From Ilumatobacteraceae bacterium (GTDB taxonomy: Bacteria; Actinomycetota; Acidimicrobiia; Acidimicrobiales; Ilumatobacteraceae), in NCBI GenBank assembly GCA_036804285.1, contig DAIRSS010000001.1, positions 44,615-108,614 of the forward strand: 64,000 nucleotides of DNA, given 5' to 3'. The position numbers and the translations under genes were made by a program. The notes under the pieces were generated by a model, which was not told the origin of the DNA, did not search any database, and worked only from the letters and a program-made list of their open reading frames with translations. Shown piece by piece: positions 57,616-64,000 of the stretch. Within the stretch, counting starts at the first letter, position 1. Each line of letters begins with the position of its first letter.

Positions 57616-58068
57616 CGGGGGCGGCCACACTTCGGCGCTGGTGAAGGTCTCGCCGTCCTTGTGCAGCACCCAGACGGACGCTTTGCGCGTGTCGCGCATG
57701 CCGTCGATCGACATTCCACGGCGCACGAGTGCATCGAGGATGGCCGGGATCACGTCGCCGTGGCTGCACAACACGGTGCGATCTGCGACACCGAGCACGT
57801 AGTCGAGGGCGATCTCGTAGGGGAGTTCCTCGTACAGCTTGGGTTCGCTCGCGACGACGAGTCCACATCGCTCCGCGAGCGGCTCGAGGGTCTCGCGGCA
57901 ACGAACCGCAGGGGATGACACGAGTGCGACCGGGTTGTACTCGCTCAGTCGGTCGGCGAGTGCGAGTGCCTGGCGTCGGCCGACGTCGTCGAGTGGTCGA
58001 AGTACGTCTTCTCGGTCCCACTGGCTGCGCTTGCCCGCCTTTGCGTGGCGCACGAGAAAGATCGACAT
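57604..58068 (-). CDS. histidine phosphatase family protein (SixA-like)
   Basis: MSIFLVRHAKAG (RHG-type motif), 154 aa, with a second His in LCSHGDV. Confidence 0.75.
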   Translation of the reverse strand: MSIFLVRHAKAGKRSQWDREDVLRPLDDVGRRQALALADRLSEYNPVALVSSPAVRCRETLEPLAERCGLVVASEPKLYEELPYEIALDYVLGVADRTVLCSHGDVIPAILDALVRRGMSIDGMRDTRKASVWVLHKDGETFTSAEVWPPPSLA

Positions 58069-58107
58069 CGGTCATGAATCTAACGGTGTGGTCGGCCAAA
58101 CTGGTGA

Positions 58108-58722
58108 GTGATGGGATTCTTCGATCGCAATCGCGAGAACGTCACGAAGTTGGGTTACGACGATTCACGTCTCCCACCCGGGCAATATCTCACGGAACGC
58201 TTTCCGGTGCTGCACGTCGGCGATGTGCCGACGTATGCGCCAGGCGAGTGGGACTTGAAGATTTACGGTTTGGTTCACCAACCGTTCACGTTGAGCTTCG
58301 AAGAACTCACCGCGCTTCCTGCGGTCACACTCACGACCGACATCCATTGCGTGACCAAGTGGTCGAAGTTCGACACGGTGTGGAAGGGCGTGCGCGTGCG
58401 TGACCTGCTCGAGCGCGCAGGCGTGAAGGACGGCGCAGGCTTCGTGATGGGGCACGCGGAGTACGGCTACACGGCGAATCTGCCACTTGCCGACGCCATG
58501 CGCGACGAATCACTCGTCGTCTACGAATACGACGGCCAGCCGATCGAGCCGATCCACGGTGGCCCCGTGCGCTTGCTCGTGCCGAACCTGTATTTCTGGA
58601 AGTCACCGAAGTGGTTGCGTGGTATCGAACTGCGCGAGACCGATGCTCCCGGATTCTGGGAGCAGAACGGCTATCACATGTACGGCGATCCGTTCCGCGA
58701 ACAGCGGTTCTGGGGAGACTGA
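58108..58722 (+). CDS. sulfite-oxidase-like molybdopterin-binding oxidoreductase domain protein
   Basis: HCVTKWSKFD, GGPVRLLVPNLYFWKSPKWL and a length of about 200 aa, typical of the small cytoplasmic SUOX-fold family. Confidence 0.8.
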   Translation: MMGFFDRNRENVTKLGYDDSRLPPGQYLTERFPVLHVGDVPTYAPGEWDLKIYGLVHQPFTLSFEELTALPAVTLTTDIHCVTKWSKFDTVWKGVRVRDLLERAGVKDGAGFVMGHAEYGYTANLPLADAMRDESLVVYEYDGQPIEPIHGGPVRLLVPNLYFWKSPKWLRGIELRETDAPGFWEQNGYHMYGDPFREQRFWGD

Positions 58723-58727
58723 GCGAC

Positions 58728-59450
58728 TCAGACTTCGGTGGCGCAGAAGGTGTCACCCTTCGGCAGCGACGCAGACAACGACGGACTCGTGTCGCCGTAG
58801 ATTGCGCCCAACATTCCCTTGACCATGCCGCGGTCGACTGCGCAGATCACCGGATGCTCGATCGCCACTTCACCGAACGGGCAATGGTTGTTGACGATGC
58901 GCAACTGATTGCTGCGCTGGTCGGTGTGGGCTGCGAATCCGTGCGCGGTGAGTGCGTCGGCGACGGCCTGCAACGCGGAGCGAAGCGAGCGATGACCGGC
59001 GTTCAGATCGTCGCCCTGGAGACCCGCGGCCATCGCCTTGCCGTACTGCTGGCCGACTTCTTCGGCCATCCGTGCGGCTTGGTCGGGGGGAAGTGCGGCG
59101 AGCGTCTTGCCGAGGAGTGTGAGCACGAGATCGTCGCTACGCACGGGGAACTCGAGTTGAGCGTCAGCGACTGCTTTGTAGTGCTTCGAGGGTCGACCGG
59201 CGCCCTTTGCACCGACCTTCTCCACGCTGATCTCGAGATATCCGCCAGCGGCGAGCTTGTCGAGGTGGTGGCGCGCCACGTTCGGATGTACGTCGAACTT
59301 CTCGGCGACCTGGGCCGCGGTGACACCAGTCTCACGCTCGCGGGCAAAGAGGTAGACCGCACGACGGGTGGGATCCCCGAAGGCAGACGTGATGGCAGAG
59401 ACCGTGGCGGTGAAAGAACCCGACGTGAGGTTGGCGGTCTTGCTCGGCAC
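58728..59450 (-). CDS. ArsR/SufR-like HTH transcriptional regulator with a C-terminal Cys motif
   Basis: DPTRRAVYLF...VTAAQVAEKFDVHPNVARHHLDKLAAGGYL winged HTH. The C-terminal NNHCPFGEVAIEHPVIC (C-X12-C) resembles the actinobacterial SufR HCP...C block. The start is GTG. Confidence 0.6.
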   Translation of the reverse strand: MPSKTANLTSGSFTATVSAITSAFGDPTRRAVYLFARERETGVTAAQVAEKFDVHPNVARHHLDKLAAGGYLEISVEKVGAKGAGRPSKHYKAVADAQLEFPVRSDDLVLTLLGKTLAALPPDQAARMAEEVGQQYGKAMAAGLQGDDLNAGHRSLRSALQAVADALTAHGFAAHTDQRSNQLRIVNNHCPFGEVAIEHPVICAVDRGMVKGMLGAIYGDTSPSLSASLPKGDTFCATEV

Positions 59451-59463
59451 ATCGGTATTCTAC

Positions 59464-59475
59464 CTATGGCCATAG
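59464..59475. promoter_or_regulatory. 12-bp perfect palindrome in the divergent regulator/mrp intergenic region (candidate operator)
   Basis: CTATGGCCATAG is its own reverse complement. It sits inside the 46-nt spacer between the two divergent starts. Confidence 0.3.
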
Positions 59476-59496
59476 TGGAAATTATTGGAGCCCTCA

Positions 59497-60645
59497 ATGT
59501 CTACCCCCAGCACCGACACCATCATTGACGCGCTGCGTCCCGTCGAGGACCCCGAGCTCCATCGCTCGATCGTGGACCTCGGAATGGTGCGCGACGTCAT
59601 CGTCGACAAGTCGGGCACGGTCGGTCTCACCGTCGTGCTCACCGTCGCGGGTTGTCCGTTGCGCAACGAGATCACGAATCGTGTGAACGGCGCACTGCGT
59701 GCACTGCCTGGCGTGTCGGACGTGAACTTGAACTTCGGTGTGATGAACGACGCCGAGCGCGCCAAGGTGCGCGAGATGTTGCACGGCAATCCTGCAGCGA
59801 CTGCGGGCTCCGGTCAGGCACACGGTCATGCCGAAGGGCGCGAGATTCCGTTCGCCAAGCCCGGTTCGAAGACTCGCGCAATCCTCGTGTCGTCGGGCAA
59901 GGGTGGTGTCGGCAAGAGCAGCGTGACGACGAACCTCGCCGTCGCACTCGCGAACGCCGGTTACAAGGTCGGCATCGTGGACGCCGACATCTACGGCTAC
60001 TCGATCCCGCGCATGCTCGGCACCGATCGCGATCCAGTGGTCATCGACAACATGCTGCTGCCGCCGGAGGCGTGGGGAGTGCGTTGCATCTCGATCGGTT
60101 ACTTCGTTCCCGAGGGTCAGGCCGTCGTGTGGCGCGGACCGATGTTGCACAAGGCGCTCGAGCAGTTCCTCACCGACGTGTACTGGGACGAACCCGACTT
60201 CCTGCTCGTCGACATGCCGCCGGGAACCGGCGACATCGCGCTCAGCTTGAGTCAGTATCTCCCGCGTGCAGAAGTGCTCGTCGTGACCACACCGCAAGAA
60301 GCTGCGCAGAAGGTTGCGCGACTGTCGGCGGCGATGGCGGCGAAGGTCAACCTGCCGGTGCGCGGCATCATCGAGAACATGTCGTGGTTCACGGGTGACG
60401 ACGGCAAGCGGTATGAATTGTTCGGCTCGGGCGGCGGTCAGATGCTCGCCGATGAACTGAACGTTCCCTTGCTCGCCCAGATCCCGCTCATGACTGCGCT
60501 GCGCGAGGGTGGCGACGACGGTCGTCCGATCGCCGCGGTGGCACCAGAGAGTGAGATCGGTCGTGCGTTCGCGCAATTGGCACACAAGATCGCCGTGGAG
60601 ATGAAGCCGAAGAAGGTATTCAGCGCGGCACTCAAGGTCAATTAG
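59497..60645 (+). CDS. mrp: Fe-S cluster carrier ATPase Mrp/ApbC with an N-terminal DUF59 domain
   Basis: DPELHRSIVDLGMV (DUF59), SGKGGVGKSSVT P-loop, and CISIGYF in the region where the cluster-ligand Cys residues are expected. Confidence 0.9.
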   Translation: MSTPSTDTIIDALRPVEDPELHRSIVDLGMVRDVIVDKSGTVGLTVVLTVAGCPLRNEITNRVNGALRALPGVSDVNLNFGVMNDAERAKVREMLHGNPAATAGSGQAHGHAEGREIPFAKPGSKTRAILVSSGKGGVGKSSVTTNLAVALANAGYKVGIVDADIYGYSIPRMLGTDRDPVVIDNMLLPPEAWGVRCISIGYFVPEGQAVVWRGPMLHKALEQFLTDVYWDEPDFLLVDMPPGTGDIALSLSQYLPRAEVLVVTTPQEAAQKVARLSAAMAAKVNLPVRGIIENMSWFTGDDGKRYELFGSGGGQMLADELNVPLLAQIPLMTALREGGDDGRPIAAVAPESEIGRAFAQLAHKIAVEMKPKKVFSAALKVN

Positions 60646-60676
60646 CCTCACGGTCACCTACGCAAAGGACGTCGAC

Positions 60677-60910
60677 ATGGAAATCCGCATCGGAATCACG
60701 CAAGTTGCCCGCGAGTTGATGGTCGAGGTCTCGAGTGACGCCCTGGTCGCCAAAGCCCGTGAGGCGATCACCGCCGCACTGAACGGCAAGAGCGAGATGC
60801 TGTCGATCACCGACGACAAGGGTCGCGAAGTCGTGGTGCCGAGCGCCAAGGTCGCCTACGTCGAGTTCGGCGCGCCAGAAGGCGCACGCAAGTTGGGCTT
60901 CGGAAGCTGA
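60677..60910 (+). CDS. DUF3107 family protein
   Basis: 77 aa. MEIRIGITQVARELMVEV...KVAYVEFG fits the small conserved actinobacterial DUF3107 pattern as recalled. Confidence 0.7.
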   Translation: MEIRIGITQVARELMVEVSSDALVAKAREAITAALNGKSEMLSITDDKGREVVVPSAKVAYVEFGAPEGARKLGFGS

Positions 60911-61848
60911 CCTCACCGCGGCTCATCGACCGCCGCCTCCTGTTCGTCACGGGCAAGGGCGGGGTGGGCAAGTCGAGCATCGCTGGTGCGCTCGCACGCG
61001 TCGCGGCGAACCAGGGCAAGCGAACGCTGGTGGTCGAGATGGACGCCAAGGGCGCCCTCGCCCAAACGCTGAACCAATCCGAACTTTCCTTCACACCGCG
61101 CGAGGTCGCCCCGAACCTGTTCGCGATGGCGATGAACACCGAGGACGCACTGCGCGAGTACTTGAAGCTGTTCGTGCGCATTCCGTTCATCACGAGCATC
61201 GGACCGCTCGCCAAGATGTTCGACTTCGTGGCCCAAGCTGCGCCGGGCGTGAAAGAAATCCTCGCGGTCGGGAAGTTGTGCTGGGAGGTGCGCGAGCGTC
61301 ACTACGACGTCGTCATCGTGGACGCCGAGGCGACCGGGCACATCGTGGCCCAGGTCGACGCACCAGCCTCACTTGCGCGACTCGTGCAGGTCGGCATCAT
61401 CCGTGATCAGACGCGCTGGATGCAGGAGATCCTCCACGATGCACGCACGACCGGTGTGGTGGTCGTGACGACCCCCGAGGAGATGCCCGTCGTCGAGACG
61501 ATGTCGCTCATCGACACGTTGACCTCGACGACGAACGTGCCCGTTGCTGGGGTGGTCGCCAACCGCGTCTACGACGACGTGACGACACCGGACGACCGGC
61601 GACTCCTGCGCGACGTGCTGTCGTCACTCGCAACCCTCGACACCCAACTCGCTCGTGACGTGCGAGCGATCGGTGCCGTGGCGACGCTGTCGGCCGAGCG
61701 CCGGGAGCGAGCAGAGGAACATCTCTCGACGTTGTCCGCGTACCTGACCGCGAGGAAGGTTCCCCTCACCGTGGTTTCCGACCTGCGTGTGGCAAGTACG
61801 AAGATCAACGAGGCGCTTGCCGAAGCACTCGCAGAGGAACTGTCGTGA
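60907..61848 (+). CDS. ArsA/Get3-like ATPase (first of a pair); start uncertain and possibly non-canonical
   Basis: P-loop LLFVTGKGGVGKSS. The track ORF starts at a GTG inside the P-loop (60964). The frame is open from 60763 but contains no ATG, GTG or TTG before 60964. A CTG at 60907 overlaps the DUF3107 stop (CTGA). Confidence 0.7.
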   Translation: MTSPRLIDRRLLFVTGKGGVGKSSIAGALARVAANQGKRTLVVEMDAKGALAQTLNQSELSFTPREVAPNLFAMAMNTEDALREYLKLFVRIPFITSIGPLAKMFDFVAQAAPGVKEILAVGKLCWEVRERHYDVVIVDAEATGHIVAQVDAPASLARLVQVGIIRDQTRWMQEILHDARTTGVVVVTTPEEMPVVETMSLIDTLTSTTNVPVAGVVANRVYDDVTTPDDRRLLRDVLSSLATLDTQLARDVRAIGAVATLSAERRERAEEHLSTLSAYLTARKVPLTVVSDLRVASTKINEALAEALAEELS

Positions 61849-62999
61849 ACGGCGCCGAAGCACTCGTCGGTGATTCGTCGCTCGTCGTCGTGTGCGGCAG
61901 TGGTGGGGTGGGCAAGACCACGATGGCCGCTGCCCTCGGTACGGCGCTCGCGACAACGCGGGATTCGCGGGTCTTGGTGCTCACCGTCGATCCCGCCCGC
62001 AGGCTCGCAGACGCGCTCGGACTGAGCGGCATCGGCAACGAACCGGTCCGCGTCGATCTGGCGGCACACGCAGGAAGAGGATCGCTACACGTGGCGATGA
62101 TCGACACGAAGGTGAGCTGGGATGCGCTCATCGATCGGCACGCGCCAACGCCGGACATTCGCGATCGCGTGCTCGCCAACCCGCTCTATCGCAACCTCAC
62201 CGAGCGTTTCGTGCACTCACACGACTACATCGCCATGGAACGTCTGTACGCCGAGTATTCGTCGGGGAACTACGACGTGATCGTCGTCGACACGCCACCG
62301 TCGCGCAATGCGCTCGACGTCCTCGACGCACCACGACGCATGCGGGAGTTCTTCGGCTCACGTCTGCTCAAGTTGCTCACGACGGCGACCTCGACGGGCG
62401 TGCTCTCGCTTGCGTCGAGACCGTTCTTCCAGATCGCCGATCGCATCCTCGGCCAGCGCTTCCTCGGTGACATCGCCGAATTCTTCACGTTGCTGCGTTC
62501 CATGGAGGCGGGTTTCGTGGCGCGAGCAACCGACGTGGAGCGCACGTTGCAGGACGAGCGCACCTCCTTCGTCGTCGTCACCACGCTCGAGACCGCACCG
62601 TTGTATGAAGCGCAGTACTTGCTCGCGGAGTTGACGAAGCGCAAGTTCGGACTTCGCGGGGTCGTCGCCAATCGGGTGATCGACCACGGTCTGGTCTTGT
62701 CCGCCCGCGACGCAGCCGATCGGCTCGGTGTGGTGACGCAGGACTCGGCGGTCGTCGGAGAACTCCTCGGCGTGCTTCCCGGGGCGACCGCGGTCGACGT
62801 GCGTCGCGTGGTGGCCGGTGCGCTCGATCGTGTGACCGCGATCGATTCGGTCGCAAGCACCCAGGAACGCAGGCTCGAGCAGTTGCGAGCAGCACTCACA
62901 CCGCTCGGGGCGAACGTGTGGATCTCGGGTCTCAGGGGCTCAGACATCACCGACGTCGCATCCCTCGTCGACCTCGGTCGAAGCGTCACGCGCACGTAG
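61845..62999 (+). CDS. ArsA/Get3-like ATPase (second of a pair)
   Basis: VVCGSGGVGKTT P-loop and VVDTPPS. There is a GTGA overlap with the previous gene. Confidence 0.8.
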   Translation: MNGAEALVGDSSLVVVCGSGGVGKTTMAAALGTALATTRDSRVLVLTVDPARRLADALGLSGIGNEPVRVDLAAHAGRGSLHVAMIDTKVSWDALIDRHAPTPDIRDRVLANPLYRNLTERFVHSHDYIAMERLYAEYSSGNYDVIVVDTPPSRNALDVLDAPRRMREFFGSRLLKLLTTATSTGVLSLASRPFFQIADRILGQRFLGDIAEFFTLLRSMEAGFVARATDVERTLQDERTSFVVVTTLETAPLYEAQYLLAELTKRKFGLRGVVANRVIDHGLVLSARDAADRLGVVTQDSAVVGELLGVLPGATAVDVRRVVAGALDRVTAIDSVASTQERRLEQLRAALTPLGANVWISGLRGSDITDVASLVDLGRSVTRT

Positions 63000-63018
63000 G
63001 GCAGACTGGGGGAACCGT

Positions 63019-64000
63019 ATGCCGACCCTCGTCGAACTCGCCAACGAACACACGAACCTCGACGACGAGGCGATCGACCATCTCTCGACCCTCGTGTCCG
63101 AGTGGGGGATGCTCGCGGACTTCTCCTTTGCCGACATGCTCCTGTACCTGCAGGATCAGTCGGGGAGATGGATGACGTCTGCTCAGGTTCGCGCGGCCAC
63201 CGGTCAGACGCTGTACCAAGCCGACTACGTCAATTCGTGGGCGAGTGAGAGCGAGTGCATCGTGCTCGATCGCTGCCTCGCCGAGGGCGAGATCGTCACG
63301 GGAGAGATCTTCGTGCAAGCGATCGGCGGACCGGCGAACATGCTCGCCATTCCCGTGCGCTTCAACGGCACGATCATCGCCATCCTCACGCGCGAGTGGG
63401 TGACGGACAACGCTCGTCGCCCTGGCCAGCTCGAGAGCACGTATGCCGACATCTTCGCGCGGCTCTCCGAGATGGTTGCCGCTGGTCTCTATCCGTTCGC
63501 CAGTGGTGTCGCGGATGCGGGCGTCGCCCCACGCGTGGGTGACGGTGTCGTCGTCCTCGACGCACATACTCGAGTTCGTTACGCATCACCGAACGCGGTG
63601 TCGGCGCTCCACCGTGTGGGCGTGAGCACGAACGCGGTCGGCCAGACGCTCGCCGAACTCGGCGTTGCAGAGAGCGTTGCGCGCCATTCCTTCGAGCGCT
63701 GCGAACCCGTGATCGAGGAAGTCGAGCAGACCACCGAAGTGACGCTCCTCATCCGTTCCATTCCGCTCCTCAAGCACGCGGGGAAGTCGGTGGAGGTGAC
63801 GGGCGGGGTCTTGTTGCTTCGCGACGTCTCCGAACTTCGTCGGCGAGATCGATTGCTCCTCACCAAGGACGCCACGATCCGCGAGATCCACCACCGCGTG
63901 AAGAACAACCTGCAGACGATCTCGAGCTTGCTGCGCCTACAGGCCCGCCGACTCACCTCGGATGAGGCCAAGGAAGCAGTCAGTGAGTCCGTGCGCCGCA
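63019..64000 (+). CDS. pdtaS: PdtaS-type GAF-PAS sensor histidine kinase (3' end lies outside the window)
   Basis: It is absent from the ORF track because no stop is reached. Hand translation from the ATG at 63019 is open to the window end. It includes LSTLVSEWGMLADFSFADMLLY, GDGVVVLD..RVRYASPNAVSALHR and LLTKDATIREIHHRVKNNLQTISSLLRLQARR (HisKA_2 H-box). Confidence 0.8.
   Translation, partial: MPTLVELANEHTNLDDEAIDHLSTLVSEWGMLADFSFADMLLYLQDQSGRWMTSAQVRAATGQTLYQADYVNSWASESECIVLDRCLAEGEIVTGEIFVQAIGGPANMLAIPVRFNGTIIAILTREWVTDNARRPGQLESTYADIFARLSEMVAAGLYPFASGVADAGVAPRVGDGVVVLDAHTRVRYASPNAVSALHRVGVSTNAVGQTLAELGVAESVARHSFERCEPVIEEVEQTTEVTLLIRSIPLLKHAGKSVEVTGGVLLLRDVSELRRRDRLLLTKDATIREIHHRVKNNLQTISSLLRLQARRLTSDEAKEAVSESVRR

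Noticed and set aside
59494-60657. 387-aa minus-strand ORF
   Set aside because: It is antisense to mrp/apbC.

Overview
This is a high-G+C, very gene-dense chromosomal segment that looks actinobacterial. The markers are a PdtaS-type sensor kinase, DUF3107 followed by paired ArsA-like ATPases, an IdeR/DtxR repressor, Lhr, HelD, PcrA and a CIRCE-controlled groES-groEL. I call about 70 protein genes, one FMN riboswitch, one CIRCE operator and one clear hairpin terminator. I saw no rRNA or tRNA genes, CRISPR arrays, transposases, integrases or long repeats. Most of the content is housekeeping: groESL, ribD-ribBA-ribH, guaA, pcrA, sucCD, mdh, amt, lhr, helD and an Fe-S carrier. There is also a complete System I cytochrome c maturation cluster (ccmABCDEFGH) and small catabolic islets (arylsulfatase, D-aminoacylase, FAH-family hydrolase, DhlA-like haloalkane dehalogenase, asparaginase II, nucleoside hydrolase, omega-aminotransferase). 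The stand-out feature is the 252-aa, seven-TM ORF at 40386-41144. By motif order and key residues it is a heliorhodopsin, an inverted-topology retinal protein family with no settled function. It lies 9 nt downstream of ybaK, and its stop is 5 nt from the stop of a convergent operon encoding an uncharacterised secreted protein and a lipoprotein. No retinal or carotenoid biosynthesis genes are recognisable in the window. Other notable items: a secreted prokaryotic-type phospholipase A2; a stand-alone B12-binding domain gene upstream of sucCD; a SufR-like regulator divergent from mrp/apbC with a 12-bp palindrome between them; an ArsA-like gene whose P-loop lies upstream of any canonical start codon; and all 12 convergent gene junctions being 9 nt or less, or overlapping. 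All calls rest on reading the supplied translations and sequence by eye and on recalled family motifs. No database search was possible.
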